Source: Deltaproteobacteria bacterium (GTDB lineage: Bacteria > Myxococcota_A > Polyangia > Nannocystales > Nannocystaceae). From it: DNA of 64,000 nt. The first letter of the stretch is position 1, and every line of letters begins with the position of its first letter. The stretch covers positions 1,987,630 through 2,051,629 of the forward strand of contig JADJEE010000012.1 of NCBI GenBank assembly GCA_016709225.1. Reading direction: 5' to 3'. Below the pieces are notes generated by a model. The model did not search any database. It was not told the origin of the DNA and saw only the letters and a list, made by a program, of their open reading frames with translations. The translations under genes were made by a program, and so were the position numbers. This document shows positions 48,201 through 56,948 of this stretch, one piece after another.

Positions 48201-48529
48201 GCGAGTCGCGGATCATCACCACGGCAGTCGTGGGCCTCGAGGACGTCGCGTTCGGTGCCGACACCGACACGTTGTTCGCGGTCGGCCAGCAGGCCTATGT
48301 CATCGACGCCCGCGATGGCACCACGCTCGCGTACGCGATTCCCACCGGCACGACCACGCTGGGCGATCGCAGCGTGGCCGTCGGCGCCGATGGTCGTCAC
48401 TTCGCCTACGCCGGCGCCGACGGGCTGCTGTGGCGGCGCCACTTCGACGCACCGGTGCCGGCCGCGGCGTTACAGGCGTGGGTCGCTGGCGCCGTCGCGT
48501 GCACCGATGTCCCTGAGGGCGCGCGATGA
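45209..48529 (+). CDS. Ser/Thr protein kinase with one TM segment and a large C-terminal beta-propeller (WD40-like) repeat domain, 1106 aa
   Basis: Kinase core GAGGMGVVYAA…LVHRDVKPDNML…DFGLAG…GTPAYMAPEQ. TM segment VAAAGAVVSGLLLLGGVGMF. The C-terminus has repeated …DG…V.T.S.DG… units. GGGAGAC ribosome-binding site before the ATG at 45209. Confidence 0.85.
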   Translation: MPRLLERLRLTPVRSDSYPGKVAGSVEQADTVDAAAIERAPAQPATPGDDLGLAPDTISVERVRAAVHRRVFGEVVEPVRIGRYTVLKRLGAGGMGVVYAAYDTALDRKVALKLLNADTLDPAREASRRARLVREAKALARLSHPSIVQVFEVGTHEEQLFIAMEFVDGVTLGTWVRERSRGWRAITAMYVAAGRGLAAAHAAGLVHRDVKPDNMLVGHDGRVRVLDFGLAGDMASPSDGDVEDGSAPQPALGPAAPLTRTGMVLGTPAYMAPEQHLARRADAQSDQFGFCVALWEGLFGERPFVGESLAELSAAVIQSRLHEPSHGAQVPRALRRCLLRGLAREPAQRHASMDALLGQLESILRSNARRVAAAGAVVSGLLLLGGVGMFMQREQTHDARAEALSSEVVDQRSRADEAELALRAREEAVIVAESRLLLPTDPTRALASLRRLPEAAAAWSAPSARMLAAEAIEAGVAERIAELPPTTSARVLSPGGRWAWHTQDEGGAYVLIELASGRRVVLDAGPPDVFPELTFSRDETQVVTAQAGAIRLWDLARGDARELGKLAGFAGARRFADDGSRVTVIEHGDTTVAIVTPLADDVAPLRRTLSEVEWAPVINRDGTEVVGGNGIDRLWVHDLVGDRRRTLAGAVRSGPQLSPDGRWIAALAADGLAVWHDGATTPTLLPIPAGLRGDTIAFDPAGTTVALASAAGPIVAWDLASRRSRTMNTGARAQRLWVMGNGRVVGLREDGSSTLFDRTGHDQRTLRSEPGITDLAIVPDLDGAPAIVTVGEGTEARWWRWPDGAVLERGAGPAGDVAIDADTTTLLSSGDDGAVRRTDTHGSVVIVQGSAGVAPSLALSRDAARLAVGSGDAITIRSPDGVEIARLGDLHGTDELRFLADDETVAWRGVDGVQRWRPGGDAVMLRAGSWHASAVSPDGRSVVTLGSELARFDEGAQAPSWRVDVEPAWRHVIVDRSGERVLAAGVSPTMTIFDAVTGESRIITTAVVGLEDVAFGADTDTLFAVGQQAYVIDARDGTTLAYAIPTGTTTLGDRSVAVGADGRHFAYAGADGLLWRRHFDAPVPAAALQAWVAGAVACTDVPEGAR

Positions 48530-49152
48530 GCAGCGACGAAGAGCTCTACGCGGCCTGGACCGCCGGTGATCGGGCCGCCGGCGGCCGACTCGTCGATCGA
48601 CACCTGCGCTCGATCGCTCGCTTCTTCGCCAACAAGATCTGGGACGGCGACGACGCCGAGGAGCTGGTCGGCACCACCTTCGAGCTGTGTGCCCGCACCC
48701 TGGGCAGCTTCCGCGGCGAGAGCAGCTTTCGAACCTTCCTGTTCGGCCTCGCCCACAACGTGTTGCGCAACCACATCCGCAGGCGCCGGCCCGAGATCGG
48801 CGAGATCGATCTCGAGAGCAGTGCGGTGCGTGACCTCGGGCCATCCCCGCGCACCGCCGCGGCGCGCCGACGCGAGCAGGCCTTGCTACTGCAGGCGCTG
48901 CGCGCGATCCCCCTCGAGCATCAGATCGTGCTCGAGCTGGTCTACTTCGAGGGCCTCTCGCGCACCGAGATCGCCGCCGCGCTCGAGCTGCCGGCGGGCA
49001 CGGTCGCCAGTCGGCTGCGCCGCGCCGATGAGCTCTTGCGGCAGCAGCTGCGACGCCAGGCCCACGACGCCGCCCACTTCCACGCGACCCACGACGGGCT
49101 GGCGCAGTGGGCCGAGCAGCTCCGCGAGCAGCTCGGCCGCGCCGACGGCTGA
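48526..49152 (+). CDS. ECF-type RNA polymerase sigma factor (sigma-70 regions 2 and 4)
   Basis: …FELCARTLGSFRGESSFRTFLFGLAHNVLRNHIRR… is region 2; …LEHQIVLELVYFEGLSRTEIAAALELPAGTVASRLRRA… is region 4. The ATG overlaps the kinase stop (ATGA). Confidence 0.85.
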   Translation: MSSDEELYAAWTAGDRAAGGRLVDRHLRSIARFFANKIWDGDDAEELVGTTFELCARTLGSFRGESSFRTFLFGLAHNVLRNHIRRRRPEIGEIDLESSAVRDLGPSPRTAAARRREQALLLQALRAIPLEHQIVLELVYFEGLSRTEIAAALELPAGTVASRLRRADELLRQQLRRQAHDAAHFHATHDGLAQWAEQLREQLGRADG

Positions 49153-49315
49153 GCAGGGTTTGCCGGCCGGGCTGCGAGCGGCGCCCGCATGCGCGACGTC
49201 GCGCGACGCCGCGGCGGTGGACTCCGCGTCGGGCCGACCAACCTGCGCAACCGCACGCGGCATCGCGGGAACCTTTGGCGCGCAGCGAACCACGCCGGCG
49301 CGGGGGAACTCGCGG

Positions 49316-50422
49316 ATGGATGTCGGATCAACCGTGCGACGCGCGGTGCTCATGGGGCTCGTCGCACTGCCATGCGCATGCAACGACGTGCGCAGCGATC
49401 GGGGCGCGGAGGGTGGCGCGGTCGCGACGATCGCGAGCGCGGCCGACGACTCCGGCGTCGCCCAGGGCACGCTGGGTGGCGACGGCGACGGCGACGCAGG
49501 CCCGGACAGCGGCGCCGATGACGGTCCGCTGGACGGCACGGGCGCGAGCGTGTTCGACGTCGGCGGCCCCTCGGGCGGCGGTGAGACCGGCCCCGTCATC
49601 AACGACGACGAGTGCCAGAAGATCGACTTCCTGTTCGTGATCGACAACTCGGGTTCGATGTTCAACGAGCAGCAAGCGCTGGTGTCGAGCTTCCCCGGGT
49701 TCATCGCTGCGATCCAGCAGAAGGTCAACGCACAGAACTACCAGATCATGGTGGTCGACACGGATGCGGCCCACGCAAACCTCTGCACCGACGTGTGCAT
49801 GACGCTGCCCAACTGCTTCGGCACGCCGTGCAACAGCATCCCGACACCCACCGTCTGCGACGAGACCCTGGGCGCCGGCGTGACCAAGAGCAGCGCCGGC
49901 CTCGAGTGCGGCGTGACGGCACCGGATCGCTTCATGGTGGACGCGCAGCCGGATGTCGGCGGGACGTTCGCGTGCATGGGCAAGGTCGGCATCACCGGGC
50001 AAGACGTGGAGCGCCCGATGGACGCGATGGTCGAGGCCGTGACCAGCCAGGCCGAGCCCGGCGCCTGCAACCAAGGCTTCCTGCGCGACGACGCAATCTT
50101 GGTGGTCACGTTCATCACCGACGAAGAGGACGACGGCGACTCGCTGGGCGACCCCGCCAGCTGGAAGCAGGCCCTGGTCGCGGCCAAGGCCGGCAACGAG
50201 GCGGCCGTGGTGGTGCTCGGCCTGGTCGGCGATCCCGACGTGATGGGTGGCACGTGCGGGCCGCTCGGGCTCGCCGAGCCTTCACCGCGCCTGCGCACCT
50301 TCGCGGAGTCGCTGCAGTTCGGCAGCTGGGGCTCGATCTGCGCGGTCGACTACGCGCCGTTCTTCGCCGACGCGGTCGAGGTCATCGACTCGGCGTGCGA
50401 GCAGTTCGATCCCGAAGGCTGA
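49316..50422 (+). CDS. Lipoprotein with a von Willebrand factor A (VWA) domain
   Basis: MDVGSTVRRAVLMGLVALPCAC lipobox. MIDAS motif DFLFVIDNSGSM. GGGGGAA ribosome-binding site. Confidence 0.7.
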   Translation: MDVGSTVRRAVLMGLVALPCACNDVRSDRGAEGGAVATIASAADDSGVAQGTLGGDGDGDAGPDSGADDGPLDGTGASVFDVGGPSGGGETGPVINDDECQKIDFLFVIDNSGSMFNEQQALVSSFPGFIAAIQQKVNAQNYQIMVVDTDAAHANLCTDVCMTLPNCFGTPCNSIPTPTVCDETLGAGVTKSSAGLECGVTAPDRFMVDAQPDVGGTFACMGKVGITGQDVERPMDAMVEAVTSQAEPGACNQGFLRDDAILVVTFITDEEDDGDSLGDPASWKQALVAAKAGNEAAVVVLGLVGDPDVMGGTCGPLGLAEPSPRLRTFAESLQFGSWGSICAVDYAPFFADAVEVIDSACEQFDPEG

Positions 50423-50505
50423 CGCCGCGCTGCCACGCCGCGGCCCCTGGTGCAGGGCCCTCGCACGTCAGCGACGAGCGTGCGCACGACGACGCGTACC
50501 CGTGG

Positions 50506-51063
50506 TCACACCGGCTGCGCGTGCAGCAGCTTCATCAGCACCGTGTGATCGGTGTGATCGCGAACACCCGGGAGATGCAGCAGGCGCCCGAGCTTGCCGA
50601 GCCCATGGTTGTTGAGCAGCTCGAGCGAGTGCATCACGATGCCGCCGGGGTGCTGCGGGTTGCCGACGTCGATGTCGACCTCGATGGTCTCGCCCTCGGC
50701 CCAGCCGATCTGGACCGACATCACGGCGGTGGTCTGTCGCACCGCGTCGGTGATGCCGTGGTGCCGCGCGAAGCTGTCCCACTTGAAGGCATGCGTGCCC
50801 CGATCGGTGTTGTCGCGCACCGCCGCCACGAACTCGGCGCTGTAGTCGAAGAAGAGCCGGTCGTCGCGGATGCCCCCCACGCCGTCCCGCAGGCGCAGCA
50901 TCGCGACGCCCAGCTGCGCCCGCAGGACCAGCGCGAACGTGATGTCGAAGAACGCCGCGCGGCGATGCTTGGAGAGGCCATCGAACGCGGCGCCCGAGAT
51001 GCCCGAGTTGGAGAGGATCTGTCGCTGCCGCGGCCCGAGGCCGTCGAAGTTCGCGTGCGCCAT
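50506..51063 (-). CDS. Hypothetical protein, 185 aa
   Basis: Clean ATG with a GGGAG ribosome-binding site, coherent codon bias, no domain recognised. Lies downstream of the giant helicase gene. Confidence 0.5.
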   Translation of the reverse strand: MAHANFDGLGPRQRQILSNSGISGAAFDGLSKHRRAAFFDITFALVLRAQLGVAMLRLRDGVGGIRDDRLFFDYSAEFVAAVRDNTDRGTHAFKWDSFARHHGITDAVRQTTAVMSVQIGWAEGETIEVDIDVGNPQHPGGIVMHSLELLNNHGLGKLGRLLHLPGVRDHTDHTVLMKLLHAQPV

Positions 51064-51215
51064 CGTGATCGAGCTCCCGAGGGTATGTGCCGCGCAGCGG
51101 CTGCGGTTCCCGGCGAGGTGCAGAATTTCCGCCGCCGGCGCGCCTGCACCAGCTCGAACCCCCGCCTGGGGTGGCGCGAGCTGGCGCGGCCGGCGTGCGG
51201 CGCCCGATGGGGCGC

Positions 51216-54200
51216 CTAGCGGCGACGAGTCGCGCGCCGCTCGATCTCCGCCACGACGTCGGCACGGCGGCGCGACCAGGTCGCCGCATCGACGTGCATC
51301 ACATCCCATCCCCGCAGCCGCAGCACCGCAGGTCGGTGGAGATGGCGTTCGAAGGCGTCGGCTGCATCGGCGCCCTCGTCGGTGAGCACCGCGAGTACGA
51401 AGTCCGGCGTGTCGGCGGCGCCGATCGCCAGCGGTATGCGGAACTCCGACGCGCCCAGGCCCAGCTCGCAGCGCAGGCCGGTGCGCTCGAGCGCCAGCGC
51501 GATCTGGACCGCGAGCGGCACGTGCCCCTCGAACGAGGCACGCTCGCGCTCGCCCGCGGCGTTGCGTCGGCGCCCGCGCACGTCGTCGAGCACCTGCTGC
51601 GCCTGCAGACGCTGCCCCTTGCCGAGCAGGAATGCGAACTCGAGGTAGGCCTTGAACAGTCGCGGGCCATCGTGGGTGGCGTCACCGACGTGCAGCAACT
51701 CGGGGTCGAACGAGGCGACCACGTAGCACTCGGCCTTGGCGCGGGAGATCGCGACGTTGAGGCGCCGCTCGCCGCCGCGTTGCCCGAGCGGACCGAAGCG
51801 CGCCGGCACGTAGCGCTCGCTCGCGCCGCCCTTGCGGGTGCGCTCGACCGGCGCGTGGCCGAGCGAGAACAGGATGACGTCGCGCTCGTCGCCCTGCACC
51901 GACTCGAGGTTCTTCACGAACGGTCGTCGATCGATGGCATCGACGGTGGTGGCAGCCCGCCACGCCGCGGCGAATCCGTCGTCGGCGGCGACGCGGGCCT
52001 CGACCGCGTCGAGCACGGTCTGACGCTGGCGGAGGTTGAACGTGACGACCCCGATGGTCGGCGGCTCGCTGCGCGACAGCAGCTCGGCGATGAGCGCCAC
52101 GACGCGTTCGGCCTCGGGGCGATTGAGCCCGGCGTCGTACTGCCCGCCCTCCACCGCGATCCACCGCAGGGCCGGCGGCGCGGTGGGCCCCTGCGTCGAG
52201 GGGATGGTGAGCAGCTCGCCGTCGTACATCGCGTGGTTGGAGAACGCGATCAACGACTCGTCGCGGCAGCGGTAGTGCCACTGCAGGCCCGCGTGGGGAC
52301 AGCGCGCGCGCGCCAGCGCCAGCAACGACTCGGCCGCGAACACGTCGCGCACCGCGAGTTCCTCGGCCGAGCGATCTTCGTCGTCGGTGCTGCTGGTGCC
52401 GAGTTCGAAGTACGACGACGGCGGCATCTGCTTCTCGTCGCCAGCGATGACCACCCGCTGCGCCCGCAGCATCACCGGCAGACCCGACTCGACGGTGCAC
52501 TGCGAGGCCTCGTCGAAGATCACGAGGTCGAACAGCGGCTCGCGCGGGAACAGCACCGTCATGGTCTCGGGCGACAGCAACCAGCACGGCATCACATCGA
52601 GCAGGCCGACGTCGGCGAACTCGCGGACGAAGCGGCGCAGTGGCATCAAGCGGCTCTTCTTGCCGACCTCCTTGAGCAGCGACTCCTTGGCGCGCTGCGG
52701 GTCGCTCCGGCGCGCGCGATAGCCCGCGTTCGGCGTCTGCAGCAGCTCGGCCTGGTCGGCCCGAGCGACGATGGCAGCAACCTCGAGCGCTGCGATCTCC
52801 GGCTCGAGCCGCGTCATCGTCTCGATCGCACGGTCCGCGCGCTGGGCGGTCGCGATCGTGCCGAGATCGTCGATGCGTGGCTGCAGGTTGCGGGCGCGCT
52901 CCAGCTGCGCCGCCGCCCATGCCCGCGCGATCGACTCGCGCCAGTCGGTGAAGGGGCGACCCGCGAGCGCCGCGGCCACGCGATCGAGCAACGCCGGCGC
53001 GGCCGTCATCGTCTCGCACGCCAGCGCGGTCCAGCCGTCGAGCTCGCGCAGCCGCGTCGCGTCGCGGGCGAGCCGGTCCGCGAGCTCGCGTAGTGCCGTG
53101 GCGTCGTCGCGCAGGACCCACGGGAACACCCCTGCGATGGCCGCCAGCGCCTGCAGCAGCCGCTGTTGCGCCTCGGACTGCGCGAGACGGTGCGCCGCCC
53201 ACTCGTCGGTGGCGGCGCGCTCGAGCGAGATGCCGATCGCCGCCAGCGTCGTGGCCGCGGCACGCACCGGGGCCGCGAGTCCGGCCAGCAGCTGCAAGCG
53301 CTCGATCGCCGCGCCCGCGCTGGCGGCATCACCTTGCGCCCGCGCCGACAGTCCGAGCCGCTCGAACAGCGCCCGCGCTTGCGCCCACGCGCGCGCGGCG
53401 TGCAGCCGCGATTGCAGCCGCGCGAGAAACTCGGCATCGAAGCCGGCCGCCGCCTGCTCGGGCCACAGTCGCACCAGCGACGCGCGCACCTCGGCCCGCG
53501 TGCGCCACCACAGCGGCGAGACGATCCGCGTCCAGCGACCGGCGAACGACTGCAGCACCGTCACCGCGCGCTCGGCGGGATCGTCGACCACGAGCCCGCC
53601 GGGGCTCCACTGCGCCAGCGCCTGCGACTCGCCGCGCCAGCGCTCCACGAGCGACGCGACACCGTCGTCGCCGTGCAGGCACAGCGCGGTGAGCAACGCG
53701 ATGTCGTCGGGGCCCTGGCAGGCCGCACGCGCGGCGTGCAGCGCGAGCAGACCCTCGCGTGCGCGCGCCAACGCGTCGCGATCGACCGGCGCCGGCGCCA
53801 GCGCAGCGTCGAAGGCGTCCGCGTGGGCGATGGCGTCGCGAAGCTGCACGCGCATCGCCGTGAGCGCCGCGTCGTCGTACCCGCGCAGCGAGCCGCGCGC
53901 GAGCCCCCGCTGGCGCCACCACGCGCTCGGGGCCCACAGGTCCTGGTGCGGATGCAGCCGCTCGACCAGCTCGAGCAGTCGCAGCAGGCGTTCGCGATCG
54001 ATACCCGCGAGCGCGGGATCGACGACGTGGGGCTCGCCGCTGGCGACCATCGTGATGAGCTGGCCGACGCACAGGCCGGCGTCGTCGATCCGCTGCGCGA
54101 GCAGGTTGCGATCGGCCTCGAGCGCGGCCTTGGCCTGCTCGTACTCCATGCGCAGCAGCTCGAGGCGGCCCGGCGGCGAGGCCGAAGGTCGCTTGGCCTC

Positions 54201-56948
54201 GAGGCGCACCCGCACCCGCTCGAACAACGGCTTGCGGTCCTCGTGCACGTCGTGCACCACCGCGAGGTACTGTCCGAGGCCCCGAACCTCGAGTCGCTGC
54301 CCGACCACGTCGAGCGCCGCACGCTTCTCGGCGACCACCGCCACCCGCTCGCCGCGACGCAGCGCGTCGGCCACCAGATTGACGATGAGCTGGCTCTTGC
54401 CGGTCCCCGGCGGGCCATCGACGACCGTCACGCGGTGGCTGCGACACTGCGCCAGCACGGCGCGCTGGCTGGGATCGGCCGCGACCACCGGCCAGCCCGG
54501 CGCACCCGGGTCGGTCACCGCGGGCTCACCGACCACGCCGGTCGTGGCGGGCAGCAACGCGGCCGCCGAGGCCAGCACGGTGGCGGGCTCCTTCGCGAGG
54601 TCGGCGAGCTCGCGCAGCAGCGCGTCGTAGTCTTGCAGGAGATCGGAGCTCGACTGGGGGAACAACCCCAACAGCGCGCACTCCTCGATCGACAGCCGCG
54701 GCGGGGCCTGATCGAGGTCGCGGTCGCGATCGCCAAACGGCACCAATGCGGTCGACTCCACCGCCACCGGCACGCCGATCTCGCGCAGCTTCGCGAGCAT
54801 GGCTTCGACCCCGCGCGCGGGATCGGCCACAATGTCGTCGAGCTCGCGTCCGAGTTCGTCGGGGAAGGCGAGCGTGGCCTTGTTGAAGAGCAGGCGCAAC
54901 AGCGACTGGTTTGCGATCGGCTCCTCGTCGCTGCGCCGGCGCAGCGAGAAGCCCCGCGCACCGCGACCGTCACGCTCGAGCTCGACCGGGAACAGCACCA
55001 GCGGTGCTCGCACGCCGTAGCCGACCTCGGTCACGCCGCGCGGCGCGATGTTGCCGACCAACACGGGATAGCCCACGTACAGCTCGTTGGCGCCGGTCTC
55101 CTCGATGCGATCACGGACCTCGCGGTGCAGCTCTCGCAGCTGCGCGGAGCAGGCCTCCGCGGCGTCGTGTCGGCCGGCGTCGTCGGCGGTCACCAACACC
55201 GCCTCACGGCCGCCGCGCACCAAGGTCAGCGTGCGCTCGGCGGTGCCGGGGCGGATCGCATCGAGCGCGACGAGATCGAAGCAGCGCCCGCGCACGAGCC
55301 GACGCAGCCGCACCGAGGGACTGCGTCCGTCGCCGGAGATCAGCTCGTCGCGCAGCCGCGTGATGGCGTCCGTCAGCGCCCGCCTCGAGGCGTCGATCGG
55401 CGCCGCCGCGGCCGATGGCGGCTGACGGGTCGCCACCAGCCGCACCGGCTGGTCGAGCGGCGCACCGTGCAGTGGCGGGCTGACCTCGATGCCGCGATCA
55501 CGGAACAGCTGCGCGAGGGGTGCGAGGGCCTCGGGCGTGGTCGCCTGCACGCCGGCGAGCCGCAGCAGACGACGCGGTGCGATCGACGACTCACCGCGAC
55601 GCTCGACGCTGTCGCACAGCGCGGCGAGGGCGTCGGCAACCTCGTGCTTGCGCACCGGCAGCGGGATCGCGACCTGCTCGAGCAGCTCGAGCTCGAGCGG
55701 CGACTGCATCGCGGCGATCGCAGGGCGGATCCAGCGGCGGAACTCGCCGCCGTGCCCGAGCGCCTCACCGATCGCGAGGATCGTCTGCACCTCGCGCGCG
55801 TCGACCACGTCGTCGGCACCCATCACGTGGGTGAGCAGCAAGAACAGGCTGCGCACGAGATCCGGCCCGCCGGCACGGACCATGCCGCCGGTCTCGTAGA
55901 AGCGGGCGAGCGCGACCTCGGGATCGAGCAACTCCGACCAGCCGGGGATGGTGCGACCGAAGGCGTCCTCGATCGCGTCGAGCTCCTCGGGCGAGATCAC
56001 GCCATCGGCAGCGGCGACCAGCACCGCGCACGCGAGCGCGCACTCGCCCAGGAACGCCGGCGGCTCGTCGCGCGCGTCGAAGTCGACGTCGACGCGGCTC
56101 GAACCCAGCGCGCGCGCGATCACGGCATCGACCTCGGCGAGGCTGCGCGTGCTCGCGCCGCGCCCCGTCAGGCGCTGGTACACATCGCTCTCCGAGAACA
56201 GCCACAGCGCCCAGGCGCGCAGGCTGTGCTCGGGGTGCGTGGTCGCGAGCGCGGCTTCACCGGCCGCTAGCGTGCGATCCATGAGATCTCGCGCCTGCTC
56301 GAGGTAGGCCGCGGTGTCCCACGTCAACGCGTCGCCGGGCAGGCCCGTGGTCGCGATCATCTCGAGCCGCAGCGCTGCGTCGAGATCCTGGCACGCGAGC
56401 AGGCCGAAGCGATCGGCCGTGATCTCGCGCGCGACCGCGAGTCGACGCGCGGCCTCGGCCTGGGCGCTCGGCAACACCCCCGCCTCGGCCAGCTGCAGCC
56501 CCGCCAGCGCGGTGGCCCCGAGCTCCGTCCAAGGCCCGTGCGCCAGCCAATGACCCAGCTCGTGCCCGAACAACGCCACGGCGGCACCGTCGTCGAGCAG
56601 CGTCAACATGCGCCCCTGGATCTCGAGCAGGATCGGCGACTGCACGAAGTGCAGCGCCGCGTTCTCGCGGCCGCTCGACTGGTAGAGCTCGAGCGCGCCA
56701 TCGATCGCCAGGGCCGCTCGCGCCGCCTCGGCCTGGGCATGGGCGGCGGGTGCCATCGTCGGCGACAGCGCGAGCGCGTCGGCGTGCAGGCGGCGACGAA
56801 TCGCCTCGGCATCACGCGGCACCAGCGAGGCCCGCTGCACCGCGAAGCCGGGGAAGCCGTCGAGCGCGGCGGCCAGCTGCCGCTCCAGCGAGAACCGCAC
56901 CGCCTCGACGTCGAGACCGACCAAGCTCGTGCGCGTCGTGGCCGTCAC
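51216..56948 (-). CDS. Giant (1910-aa) multidomain protein. N-terminal M48-like HExxH metallopeptidase motif, a TerB-like domain, a DUF4011-like region, an SF1 Upf1/DNA2-type helicase core (AAA_11/AAA_12), and a C-terminal DUF3320/REase-like (DUF559-type) nuclease fold.
   Basis: FGHELGHWLAHG…REITADRFG (HExxH with a downstream E..ADRF, as in M48). TerB-like …VISPEELDAIEDAFG…VMGADDVVDAREVQTILAIGEALG. Walker A VVDGPPGTGKSQLIV, Walker B VIFDEASQ, LESVQGDERDVILFSL, RRLNVAISRAKAECYVV. C-terminal …CELGLGASEFRIPLAIGAADTPDFVLAVLTDEG… GTG start overlaps the TGA of the upstream permease. Confidence 0.85.
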   Translation of the reverse strand: MTATTRTSLVGLDVEAVRFSLERQLAAALDGFPGFAVQRASLVPRDAEAIRRRLHADALALSPTMAPAAHAQAEAARAALAIDGALELYQSSGRENAALHFVQSPILLEIQGRMLTLLDDGAAVALFGHELGHWLAHGPWTELGATALAGLQLAEAGVLPSAQAEAARRLAVAREITADRFGLLACQDLDAALRLEMIATTGLPGDALTWDTAAYLEQARDLMDRTLAAGEAALATTHPEHSLRAWALWLFSESDVYQRLTGRGASTRSLAEVDAVIARALGSSRVDVDFDARDEPPAFLGECALACAVLVAAADGVISPEELDAIEDAFGRTIPGWSELLDPEVALARFYETGGMVRAGGPDLVRSLFLLLTHVMGADDVVDAREVQTILAIGEALGHGGEFRRWIRPAIAAMQSPLELELLEQVAIPLPVRKHEVADALAALCDSVERRGESSIAPRRLLRLAGVQATTPEALAPLAQLFRDRGIEVSPPLHGAPLDQPVRLVATRQPPSAAAAPIDASRRALTDAITRLRDELISGDGRSPSVRLRRLVRGRCFDLVALDAIRPGTAERTLTLVRGGREAVLVTADDAGRHDAAEACSAQLRELHREVRDRIEETGANELYVGYPVLVGNIAPRGVTEVGYGVRAPLVLFPVELERDGRGARGFSLRRRSDEEPIANQSLLRLLFNKATLAFPDELGRELDDIVADPARGVEAMLAKLREIGVPVAVESTALVPFGDRDRDLDQAPPRLSIEECALLGLFPQSSSDLLQDYDALLRELADLAKEPATVLASAAALLPATTGVVGEPAVTDPGAPGWPVVAADPSQRAVLAQCRSHRVTVVDGPPGTGKSQLIVNLVADALRRGERVAVVAEKRAALDVVGQRLEVRGLGQYLAVVHDVHEDRKPLFERVRVRLEAKRPSASPPGRLELLRMEYEQAKAALEADRNLLAQRIDDAGLCVGQLITMVASGEPHVVDPALAGIDRERLLRLLELVERLHPHQDLWAPSAWWRQRGLARGSLRGYDDAALTAMRVQLRDAIAHADAFDAALAPAPVDRDALARAREGLLALHAARAACQGPDDIALLTALCLHGDDGVASLVERWRGESQALAQWSPGGLVVDDPAERAVTVLQSFAGRWTRIVSPLWWRTRAEVRASLVRLWPEQAAAGFDAEFLARLQSRLHAARAWAQARALFERLGLSARAQGDAASAGAAIERLQLLAGLAAPVRAAATTLAAIGISLERAATDEWAAHRLAQSEAQQRLLQALAAIAGVFPWVLRDDATALRELADRLARDATRLRELDGWTALACETMTAAPALLDRVAAALAGRPFTDWRESIARAWAAAQLERARNLQPRIDDLGTIATAQRADRAIETMTRLEPEIAALEVAAIVARADQAELLQTPNAGYRARRSDPQRAKESLLKEVGKKSRLMPLRRFVREFADVGLLDVMPCWLLSPETMTVLFPREPLFDLVIFDEASQCTVESGLPVMLRAQRVVIAGDEKQMPPSSYFELGTSSTDDEDRSAEELAVRDVFAAESLLALARARCPHAGLQWHYRCRDESLIAFSNHAMYDGELLTIPSTQGPTAPPALRWIAVEGGQYDAGLNRPEAERVVALIAELLSRSEPPTIGVVTFNLRQRQTVLDAVEARVAADDGFAAAWRAATTVDAIDRRPFVKNLESVQGDERDVILFSLGHAPVERTRKGGASERYVPARFGPLGQRGGERRLNVAISRAKAECYVVASFDPELLHVGDATHDGPRLFKAYLEFAFLLGKGQRLQAQQVLDDVRGRRRNAAGERERASFEGHVPLAVQIALALERTGLRCELGLGASEFRIPLAIGAADTPDFVLAVLTDEGADAADAFERHLHRPAVLRLRGWDVMHVDAATWSRRRADVVAEIERRATRRR

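Noticed and set aside
52771-56270. Plus-strand ORFs 52771..54630 (619 aa) and 53166..56270 (1034 aa) inside the giant helicase gene
   Set aside because: Ser/Arg/Ala-rich antisense frames. The minus strand carries the Walker A/B and helicase motifs.
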